A stretch of DNA of 64,000 bases from Pseudomonadota bacterium (GTDB lineage: Archaea > Thermoplasmatota > SW-10-69-26 > JACQPN01 > JAJPHT01). Positions within the stretch are counted from its first letter, which is position 1; the number at the start of each line of letters is the position of its first letter. Positions 56,615-64,000 of this stretch are shown one piece after another. A model generated the notes under the pieces. That model saw only the letters and a program-made list of their open reading frames with translations. It was not told the origin of the DNA and searched no databases. The translations under genes were made by a program, and so were the position numbers. The stretch covers positions 64,001 through 128,000 of the forward strand of contig JAJPHT010000020.1 in NCBI GenBank assembly GCA_021325135.1. The letters are read 5' to 3'.

Positions 56615-58360
56615 TTACCGATCAAGCGTCCCCGGCGTGTAGTACGGGTTGGAGGCCGCGATGGCCTTCGTGTCCACGCCTGCGGGCGCGCCCGCGGGGA
56701 GCAGCGGCAGCGTGAGGGCGCTCTTCGCCAGGTCCAGGGTGAGCGCGGGCTCGTTGCCGTTGGCGTTGTACCACGAGGCGTCCTCGCCGAGGACCACCAG
56801 CGCGATGCGCTCGCCCTTGTGGAACACGGCCTCGGAGGGGTAGAGGTCCACGGGGACCGTCATGGCCTCGCCGGGGGCGACCGCGTCGCTCTGCGCGCGC
56901 CCGTTGCGCTGCTCCAGGCCGCGGCCGCCCTCGTCCACCCACCACCAGGCGCCCTTGTCGGTGACGTTGTAGAGCTGGACCACGACGTGCCCGTCGCCGG
57001 GCCGGTCCGCCGAGAGGCCCAGCACGAGGCGCGGCATGCCCGCGACGCGGACGTCCTGCGCCAGGGGCTCGCTCACGAACGTCGCGCTGGGCTGCGCGGG
57101 CGAGGCCGCGAGGGCGCCCTCCACCGGGAGCCCCAGGCCGTTGGTGGGCATGGCGTAGACGGTGACCGAGCCCGAGCCGGGCGCGTCCTGGAGCTTGCCC
57201 GGGGCGAGGTGGAGCGTGAGGTTCGTCGTCCCGCGAGGGGGCCAGTCCGTCTCGTTGCGCCAGCGCCCGTCGGTGTCCTGCACCTGGACGGCGGGCAGCG
57301 AGCCGGGGATGCCGTTGGCCTTGCCGTCGAGGTAGTGGTCGAACCACGCGACGATGGTGCTGTTCCAGTCGGGGCGGCTCCAGTCCTTGTTGTGGGTGTT
57401 GGACCACGGGATGTTGTGCTCCCACTGGCCCCACCACTGCATCTTCTCGCCGGGGATGAGGTCGAGGACCGCGCCGTTGTCGGGCTTCACGTTCCAGTCG
57501 GCGAGGCCGTGGACGAGGAAGACGCTGGCGTTGATCTTCGAGAACTTCGCGCTGAGGTTGCGCTCCTGCCAGAACGAGTCGTAGACGCCCTTCTCCGTGG
57601 TCGTGAGCGACTCCGCGAGGTGCGTGGCCTCCAGCGCGCAGACGTGCGTGGGGTCGACGACGGGCGCCTGCTGCTCGAGGAGGGGGTCGTAGCCGAAGCT
57701 CTCGTCCACCCAGTAGCGCGGGTAGAACGTCGGCCCCTGGAGGTAGTAGGGGGCTCCGTCCTGGTACTCGTAGCGGTAGAAGTCGGAGATGCCCTCGATG
57801 GGCACGATGGTCTTGAGGTGCTTGGGGGCTCCGATGGCGACCTCCCAGGGCGTCGTGCCGTCGTAGGAGACGCCCATGACGCCCACGTTGCCGTTGCTCC
57901 AGGGCTGCTCGCCGATCCAGTCGACGAACTCGGCCAATTCGCGCTGCTCGTCCGCTCCTCCGATCTCGAAGCACCCGCTGCTGTCCCCCGTGCCGGGCAC
58001 GTTGGCGGCGACGTAGGCGAAGCCGTGCCCCAGCAGCATGCCGACGCCGAAGAAGTCGCCCGCGAAGCCGTAGAGGTCCCCCGTCCCGATGCCGTAGGAC
58101 TCGTGGAAGTAGGGGCTGATCTGCGCGACGACGCCGAAGCGCTCGCCGGGCTGCGGGTCGTGGGGCAGGTAGACCGTGCCGCGGACGTGCGTGCCGTCCT
58201 TGGCCGCGAAGTCCAGCGCCTTGAGCGCGGGCGTCACGTTGGCCGTGGGCAGCACCGGCGCCGCGACGCTGGCGGGCGACACGGTGCCGGCGGGGGCCTG
58301 GGAGACGCAGCCCGCGAGGGCGGCCGACGCAAGGAGGGCAGCGAGGACGATGGCTCTCAG
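56615..58360 (-). CDS. CocE/NonD (peptidase S15) family hydrolase lipoprotein; probable CTG start
   Basis: GTGDSSG, WSNGNVGVMGVSYDG, VHGLADWNV, GQWEH; lipobox ALAGC upstream of the ORF-track start. Confidence 0.9.
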   Translation of the reverse strand: MRAIVLAALLASAALAGCVSQAPAGTVSPASVAAPVLPTANVTPALKALDFAAKDGTHVRGTVYLPHDPQPGERFGVVAQISPYFHESYGIGTGDLYGFAGDFFGVGMLLGHGFAYVAANVPGTGDSSGCFEIGGADEQRELAEFVDWIGEQPWSNGNVGVMGVSYDGTTPWEVAIGAPKHLKTIVPIEGISDFYRYEYQDGAPYYLQGPTFYPRYWVDESFGYDPLLEQQAPVVDPTHVCALEATHLAESLTTTEKGVYDSFWQERNLSAKFSKINASVFLVHGLADWNVKPDNGAVLDLIPGEKMQWWGQWEHNIPWSNTHNKDWSRPDWNSTIVAWFDHYLDGKANGIPGSLPAVQVQDTDGRWRNETDWPPRGTTNLTLHLAPGKLQDAPGSGSVTVYAMPTNGLGLPVEGALAASPAQPSATFVSEPLAQDVRVAGMPRLVLGLSADRPGDGHVVVQLYNVTDKGAWWWVDEGGRGLEQRNGRAQSDAVAPGEAMTVPVDLYPSEAVFHKGERIALVVLGEDASWYNANGNEPALTLDLAKSALTLPLLPAGAPAGVDTKAIAASNPYYTPGTLDR

Positions 58361-58657
58361 GGAGAAGCCTCCGAGGCGCGAGCGGCCCCCGGGGGGCTTA
58401 ACGATTTGCGCGCCAGCCTTGACCGATACGAGCCGCCGGGGGGCGATCCAGGCGGGGATTTTTCTCGTGTGGAGCCTGAGCTAGGGTTCTCCCGGGAATG
58501 CCGCTCCCCGCCGCCCGCCGCAGGGCCCCCCACGCGGGAGCGCCAGCGACCCGGATCCGCTTGGCCGGGCTCCGCAAGGCCGGCGGGAACCCGCACGCGG
58601 CGTCCCGAAAAGGGATTTAGCCTGCGGCGCGGGTCCGTGCGGCCGGGAGGCGCGCCC

Positions 58658-59083
58658 TTGCGCACGCTGGCAGTCCTCGTCGTCCTCGTCTTCCTTGGCG
58701 TCCCCGCGCTGGCGGCTGCGCCCTCCGGCTGCGTGCCCCAGTGCGAGGTGCCCAGCGCGGAGAGCGGCTACGTCCCGCCCGCGACCGTCGTGCCCTCGGG
58801 CTCCAACGTGACGTGGTCCTCGCTGGACCGCGCGCACACGGCCACCGAGCCGGGCGTCCCGGCGTCGCAGGCGTGCGTGAACGTCCTCTACGGCCCCGCG
58901 CCCGGCCACGCCCGGTTCGCCATCCACAACGGATCGCTCTGGGCGCAGCAGCCCCTTCAATTGGAGAAGCGCTGCTCCACCGCGAGCCTCCAGCGCGACG
59001 GCTCGTGGCTCCTGGAATACCACTGCCTCTACCACTCGCAGATGGTCGGCTTCCTCCTCGTCCGCCCCGAGGCCTCCCCATGA
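58658..59083 (+). CDS. Secreted type-1 (blue) copper cupredoxin
   Basis: GGAGG SD + TTG; signal peptide; VTW...HTAT...YHCLYHSQMVG (His/Cys/His/Met). Confidence 0.85.
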   Translation: MRTLAVLVVLVFLGVPALAAAPSGCVPQCEVPSAESGYVPPATVVPSGSNVTWSSLDRAHTATEPGVPASQACVNVLYGPAPGHARFAIHNGSLWAQQPLQLEKRCSTASLQRDGSWLLEYHCLYHSQMVGFLLVRPEASP

Positions 59084-60333
59084 CCCGCGCCCTCCTCGCC
59101 CTCGCCGCCGCGCTGCTCCTCCTGCCCCTGGGCCTCCACGCCTCGGCCGCCGGGCCGCGCACGCTCACCGTGTCGCCCACGGGGGATTACCACACCATCC
59201 AGGCTGCGGTGGATGCGGCGAGCCCGGGGGACACGGTGCTCGTGGCGCCGGGCGTGTACCAGGAGGCGGTGTCGGTCTCGACGCCGGACGTCACCATCCG
59301 CGGCGAGGACCGCGAGGGCGTCGTGCTCGACGGGGGCGAGGCGCTGGGCAATGCGTTCACCGTGACTGCGGACGGCGTGACGCTGGCGAGCATGACGGCG
59401 CAGCACTACGCCAGCAACGGCTTCGTGTTCACCCGCGTCGATGGCTGCCGCTTCGACGACCTGCACGCCAAGGACAACGGCGAGTACGGCCTCTACGCGG
59501 TGCACTCGCGCCACTGCGTCATGGAGAACAGCCTCGCGGAGGGGCACGGCGACTCGGGCTTCTACCTGGGCGAGACGGTGGACTGCGACTGCGACGTGCA
59601 GGACAACGTGGGCTGGAACAACATGCTGGGCTACTCGGGCACGGCCAACTCCCACATCCGCATCCACGGCAACGACTTCTTCTGGAACCGCGCGGGCATC
59701 CTGCTTTCCGTGCTGCCCGACGAGATGGGCGCGGACGTCTGCCCCGACCCCGCGGGCGGGTCCCCCGCTCCCGGCGACGCGTGCCCCGGCGTCACGCCCT
59801 ACGGCCTCCAGACGCGCACGGAGGTCTACGGCAACCACGTGCACGACAACAACAACCACACCCGCGCGACGGGCCTCTTCGCGACGGTCCACCCGCCGGT
59901 GGGCGAGGGCATCGTCATCTCCGGCGGCTGGAACGACGACGTGCACGACAACCTCGTCGAGGACAACCACCTCTGGGGCGTCGGCATCTTCTGGCTCACG
60001 ACGCCGCCCCGCGGCAACTTCGTCCACGACAACCAGATCAGCGGCGGCCGGTACGGCATCTGGTGGGACGAGCAGGGCGAGGACCACTGCTTCGCCAACA
60101 ACGCCATCACCGACGTCCGCGTCGCCAGCGACCCGGCGGTCCTCCCCTCGTGCCCGGGCCCCGCGGGCGATCTGCCCTGCCCCGCCGCGCTCTCAGATTA
60201 CGCCGCGTGCCGCGCCAACGACGCGCGGGCGCCCTCGGCGGCCAAGGACGCGGGCCTCGCATGGCGCTCGTACTGGGACCTCGACCCGTCGCAGGACGCG
60301 CCCGCGACGAAGCCCACCGGGGACGGTGCGTAG
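59080..60333 (+). CDS. Secreted right-handed parallel beta-helix protein (NosD-like)
   Basis: TIQAAVDAASPGDTVLVAPGVY, DNGEYGLY, DSGFYLG, Asn ladders; ATGA overlap. Confidence 0.85.
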   Translation: MTRALLALAAALLLLPLGLHASAAGPRTLTVSPTGDYHTIQAAVDAASPGDTVLVAPGVYQEAVSVSTPDVTIRGEDREGVVLDGGEALGNAFTVTADGVTLASMTAQHYASNGFVFTRVDGCRFDDLHAKDNGEYGLYAVHSRHCVMENSLAEGHGDSGFYLGETVDCDCDVQDNVGWNNMLGYSGTANSHIRIHGNDFFWNRAGILLSVLPDEMGADVCPDPAGGSPAPGDACPGVTPYGLQTRTEVYGNHVHDNNNHTRATGLFATVHPPVGEGIVISGGWNDDVHDNLVEDNHLWGVGIFWLTTPPRGNFVHDNQISGGRYGIWWDEQGEDHCFANNAITDVRVASDPAVLPSCPGPAGDLPCPAALSDYAACRANDARAPSAAKDAGLAWRSYWDLDPSQDAPATKPTGDGA

Positions 60334-60336
60334 GCC

Positions 60337-61176
60337 ATGCGCTCGCGGTGGGTCCTCGGCGCGCTGGCGCTCCTCCTTCTGGCCTCCTCCAGCGGGCTCT
60401 CCGCGCCGCCCGCGCCGCCGCAGGCGCGCAGCTTCACGCTGGAGGCGACCGCAGTGCCCTGCCCCGCGGGCCGCGACCCCTACGGCGACGGCATCTGCCT
60501 CGCCTACAACGGCCAGATCCCCGGCCCCACGCTTGATATCAATCTCCTGGACAACGTGACGCTGACGCTCGTCAACCACGTCCCGCAGACGGTGTGGAGC
60601 CTGCCGCCGGGGCACGACGACGTGAAGGCGCGCCTCGCGGCGTCGGGCGTCAGCTTCCACCTGCACGGCACGGCGCTCTCGGTGAAGGAGGACGGGCTCT
60701 CCTCCGCCATGGGGGCGACGTTCTTCGACTCCTACGCGCCGCCCAACGGCTCGTTCACCTACCACTTCCGCGCGGTCTACAACGGCACCTGGCAGTACCA
60801 CGACCACGTGCTGGGCCTCGACGGCATGGAGGGCGACGCGCGCGGCCTCGCGGGCACGCTGGCGATCCGCTCGGGGGGCGAGGTGCGCCCTGACGCCATC
60901 GTGGACGTGCACGCCATGGACGCGGGCCCCTTTGTCCTCCAGAACGGCACGGTCCACCCGGGCGGCAGCTTCGAGCTTCTTGAGACGGTCCTGGGCGACT
61001 GGACGTGGACGTTCACGCTCACGGACCCCGCGGGCGCCGTGGTGCGCACCCTGGATCTGGGCCCCGGGCAGGCGGAGCACGTCGTCGTCACGGGCGCCGC
61101 GGCGGGAAGCTATCGCTGGAGCGTCTCCGACGACATCCGCGGCGACGCGTACCACGGGACGGTGGTCGTCCAATGA
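60337..61176 (+). CDS. Secreted multicopper-oxidase N-domain protein (SLAC domain-1-like)
   Basis: Signal peptide; YNGQIPGPTL, SFHLHG, GTWQYHDH, GLAGTLAI. Confidence 0.85.
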   Translation: MRSRWVLGALALLLLASSSGLSAPPAPPQARSFTLEATAVPCPAGRDPYGDGICLAYNGQIPGPTLDINLLDNVTLTLVNHVPQTVWSLPPGHDDVKARLAASGVSFHLHGTALSVKEDGLSSAMGATFFDSYAPPNGSFTYHFRAVYNGTWQYHDHVLGLDGMEGDARGLAGTLAIRSGGEVRPDAIVDVHAMDAGPFVLQNGTVHPGGSFELLETVLGDWTWTFTLTDPAGAVVRTLDLGPGQAEHVVVTGAAAGSYRWSVSDDIRGDAYHGTVVVQ

Positions 61177-61961
61177 AGGCCAGCGTCGTGATCGCGGCCC
61201 TGCTCCTGGCGCCCGCTCTCGCAGCGCCCGCCGTGGGGCAGTTCCCCATGCAGGTCCCGGGCACCGACGTCTACCTCGACGGCGCGCCCGACCGCGTGTT
61301 CGACCTGGTCATGCAGGGGCACACCATCAACCTCCAGGGCTACCCGGGCGACGGACTGCCCGCGGGCGCCGGCCTCGTGCTGGAGGCGTACCTGGGGGAC
61401 CGCGTGCAGTTCACCGTCGCCGTGCCCGCCACCGCGGAGCCGCACACCTTCCACCTGCACGGGCACCCGTGGTTCGCGCCCACCGTGGGCCGCATGGTGG
61501 ACACCTGGCTCCTGCACCCCGGCGACGTGCACTCCTTCAGCGTCGTCGCGGGCGGCATCGACGGCAACGCCGGCGACTGGATGTTCCACTGCCACCTCGC
61601 CACGCACGCGGCCTCCGGCATGTGGGGCATCTTCCGCGTCTACCCGTACCGCTCGGTGATCCCGCCCATCCTGCCCGGGCCGCAGCGCGGCGGCGCCTTC
61701 GACGTGCATCTGGACCGCCTGGGCGTCCCCGTGGACGGAGCGCACCTCATGGTGCAAGTGGACGGCAAGCCGCTCCCCGCGCAGGTGACGCCCCTGGGCG
61801 GCGGCGCGTACCGCGTGGGCGCGGACCTCCCCGCGACGGGCGTCCTCGTCGTCACGGCGCACCACCCCGACCTGGGCGTCAGCGTCGCGCGCGTGGGCCT
61901 GGGCGGGACGCCCGTGCCGCCCCTCACCGCGCAGATGGACGCCATGGCGCACGCCGCGTGA
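61173..61961 (+). CDS. Secreted multicopper-oxidase C-domain protein (SLAC domain-2-like, T1 site)
   Basis: Own signal peptide; HTFHLHGHPW and WMFHCHLATHAASGM. Confidence 0.88.
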   Translation: MKASVVIAALLLAPALAAPAVGQFPMQVPGTDVYLDGAPDRVFDLVMQGHTINLQGYPGDGLPAGAGLVLEAYLGDRVQFTVAVPATAEPHTFHLHGHPWFAPTVGRMVDTWLLHPGDVHSFSVVAGGIDGNAGDWMFHCHLATHAASGMWGIFRVYPYRSVIPPILPGPQRGGAFDVHLDRLGVPVDGAHLMVQVDGKPLPAQVTPLGGGAYRVGADLPATGVLVVTAHHPDLGVSVARVGLGGTPVPPLTAQMDAMAHAA

Positions 61962-62063
61962 GGCCGAACCCGTCATCTCTCGTCCATTCGTTGTTATCAA
62001 CGGCGGGGCGAAATCGATGCGATTAAGCCCACCCCTGCCGCTGGCCGCTCCCAAGGTGGCGCG

Positions 62064-62189
62064 ATGCCGGACACCCCGCCCATCCGTAACGCCCGTTGTC
62101 GACGATGCGGGAAACCCGCCGAGCTCCCCACGGCCGTGCTGGGGGAGATGCGCTGCAGGTGCGGCCTCATGCGGGCCTACGCGATGTGA
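62064..62189 (+). CDS. Zn-ribbon microprotein (41 aa), absent from ORF track
   Basis: MPDTPPIRNARCRRCGKPAELPTAVLGEMRCRCGLMRAYAM; AAGGTG SD, attaag TATA-like sequence upstream. Confidence 0.5.
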   Translation: MPDTPPIRNARCRRCGKPAELPTAVLGEMRCRCGLMRAYAM

Positions 62190-63287
62190 TCAGCGCCGCG
62201 CCGTGAGCCAGGCCTCGGCGCGCTCGCCCGCGTAGCGCGTGGGGTCGCGGTTCACGAACTCCACCATGGGGCCGAGGCGCTCCGCCATGGCGTTGGCGGC
62301 CAGGAAGCCGACGCCGCCCGCGAGGACGGCCCACGGGATGGTGGCCCAGTCCAGGGGCACGGTGAAGACGAGGCGCGGCGCGAGGGCCCAGTAGGCGTAG
62401 GAGCCGCCCACGGCCAGCGCGAGGGTGACGAGGAGGCGCTGCGCGGAGCCTTCGGCCACGATCCAGGCGACCTCCACCGCGGCGCCGATGGCGACGACGT
62501 GCCAGGGGACCGCGCTGATGGGCCAGCCGGTGGCGGCGAGCACCGCGTTGGCGGCGAAGCGCTCCACCGCGAAGGCGGCGAGCACGCCCAGGGCGACGCC
62601 GCGGACGCCGGTCACCTGGCGCACCAGCACGGCGAAGAGGATGCCGATGGCCAGGGCGTAGGCCGGGTAGAGCACGTGGGGCAGGCCGCCGTAGTACGGG
62701 TCCTTCACCATGTCCGCGTAGCCCTGGATCTCCAAGCCCACGACGTAGAGGCTGTTGCCGTGGAAGTGGTTCCACGCGCCCACGACGGTGTACTCGTTGT
62801 AGCCCAGGGGGAAGGCCAGGGCCTCGAAGAGGAAGAGGAGGAGCAGCCCGAAGACGCCCCACCGGGCGGGGGTGAGGCGCGCCTCGCGGACGCGCGTGCC
62901 GGGGCGCCAGCCGGCCTCTGCCAGGAAGAGGAGGACGATGCCCGCCACGGTGATGGTGGTGCCGTAGAAGAGCATGAGGTGGCTGGGGCTCCACGTGGTG
63001 AGGTCCAGCCCGAAGATCTGGTGCCACGCCTGGTCGAAGGGGATGGCCGCCAGGAAGACGGCGAAGCCCGCCAGGATGACGTTGAGCGCGGGCTGCGTTG
63101 CCTCGGTGCGCGCGCGCCACGAGAGGAGCAGCGCCACGGAGATGAGGACGAAGCCCACCATGTTGACGACGTGGGGGGGCGAGATGGTCTCGCGCAGGAG
63201 GCGGAAGTGCCAGGAGACGTCCCAGGCGGAGCTGACCAGCTTCAGGGCGAGCCCGGCGATCCAGAGCGTCCAGACGGTGCGGCGCAT
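62190..63287 (-). CDS. Polytopic membrane protein with two PmoC/AmoC-like D-x-x-W-H...P-x-H motifs
   Basis: WDVSWHFRLLRETISPPH and FDQAWHQIFGLDLTTWSPSHLMLFY; ~10 TM helices; GGAGG SD (alternative start 63323). Confidence 0.8.
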   Translation of the reverse strand: MRRTVWTLWIAGLALKLVSSAWDVSWHFRLLRETISPPHVVNMVGFVLISVALLLSWRARTEATQPALNVILAGFAVFLAAIPFDQAWHQIFGLDLTTWSPSHLMLFYGTTITVAGIVLLFLAEAGWRPGTRVREARLTPARWGVFGLLLLFLFEALAFPLGYNEYTVVGAWNHFHGNSLYVVGLEIQGYADMVKDPYYGGLPHVLYPAYALAIGILFAVLVRQVTGVRGVALGVLAAFAVERFAANAVLAATGWPISAVPWHVVAIGAAVEVAWIVAEGSAQRLLVTLALAVGGSYAYWALAPRLVFTVPLDWATIPWAVLAGGVGFLAANAMAERLGPMVEFVNRDPTRYAGERAEAWLTARR

Positions 63288-63431
63288 CGAGGCCCTCCGG
63301 CGGCGTTCGAGGGCCGCGGCCATACTTAACCTCGCCCCCGCCGACGTCCCGGCAAGAAGGGGAAAAGCTCAAACGCGCCGCCGCGGGCCGCAAAGGAGAT
63401 AGCGCGCCCCCGGGCTCGCCCGTTGCCACCC

Positions 63432-64000
63432 ATGCCCCCGCTGCTCGTCGTGCTGGCCCTCTTCCTGGTCGCCGTGATCGGGGGCGCGCAGAACGCCGTG
63501 GCGGGCGGAGGGAGCTTCTTCACGTTTCCCACGCTCCTCTTCGCGGGCGTCGGCTCCATCTCCGCCAACGCCACCAGCACCGTGGCGCTCTGGCCCGGCA
63601 GCGTCGCCAGCGCGGTGGCCTTCCGCGGCGAGCTGCGCCACGAGCGGCGCCTCTTCCTTGTCCTGGGCGCGGCCAGCCTCGCGGGCGGCCTCGCGGGCGC
63701 CCTGCTCCTGCTCCACACGCCGCAGCGCGCCTTCGACGCCCTGATCCCGTGGCTGCTCCTGGCGGCGACGCTCGTCTTCGCCTTCGGGCCCCTGGTCACG
63801 CGGCGCCTCCGCGGCCACGCGCGCCCCTCGAGGTCCCTGTGGCCCTTCGCCCTCGTGCAGCTCGTCGTCGCGGTGTACGGCGGCTACTTCGGCGGCGGCA
63901 TCGGGATCATGATGCTCGCGGCGTTCAGCGCCATGGGCATGGAGGACCTCCACGCCATGAACGGCCTCAAGGCCGTGCTGGGCGCGCTGATCAACGGCGT
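63432..64000 (+). CDS. TauE/SafE family exporter, truncated at window end
   Basis: NAVAGGGSFFTFPTL, ANATSTVALWPGS, YGGYFGGGIGIMML, MNGLK. Confidence 0.9.
   Translation, partial: MPPLLVVLALFLVAVIGGAQNAVAGGGSFFTFPTLLFAGVGSISANATSTVALWPGSVASAVAFRGELRHERRLFLVLGAASLAGGLAGALLLLHTPQRAFDALIPWLLLAATLVFAFGPLVTRRLRGHARPSRSLWPFALVQLVVAVYGGYFGGGIGIMMLAAFSAMGMEDLHAMNGLKAVLGALING

Noticed and set aside
60337-61961. Copper nitrite reductase NirK, or a frameshifted pseudogene
   Set aside because: The ligand pattern is type-B 2dMCO (T1 in the second domain, full T2/T3 His set), and the second gene has its own signal peptide.
62190-63323. Evidence for methanotrophy or ammonia oxidation
   Set aside because: Similarity is motif-level only, the protein is longer than PmoC with extra helices, and no pmoA/pmoB is present in the window.

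Overview
High-GC archaeal chromosomal window, most consistent with Thermoplasmatota (inferred from archaeal-type LeuRS, IleRS and RNase HII, tRNA-Gln with an A1-U72 pair, tRNAs without encoded CCA, TATA-like promoters, and a SelB-like protein). Housekeeping content: rnhB, smc-scpA-scpB, ubiX, corA, nfo, ileS, pdxS/pdxT, leuS, tRNA-Val(TAC) and tRNA-Gln(CTG). It is interspersed with many secreted proteins and lipoproteins, a PemK/MazF-type toxin-antitoxin pair, several unannotated Zn-finger microproteins and three ~80-100-bp palindromes built from 8/9-mer tandem units. The most striking locus is at 58.6-63.3 kb. It holds a tightly coupled operon for a type-1 cupredoxin, a NosD-like beta-helix protein and a small-laccase (SLAC-type) multicopper oxidase split into two separately secreted genes. 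The operon converges on a stand-alone membrane protein carrying two PmoC/AmoC-like D-x-x-W-H...P-x-H metal motifs, with no pmoA/pmoB in the window. All calls rest on motif recognition by eye; no database searches were run.
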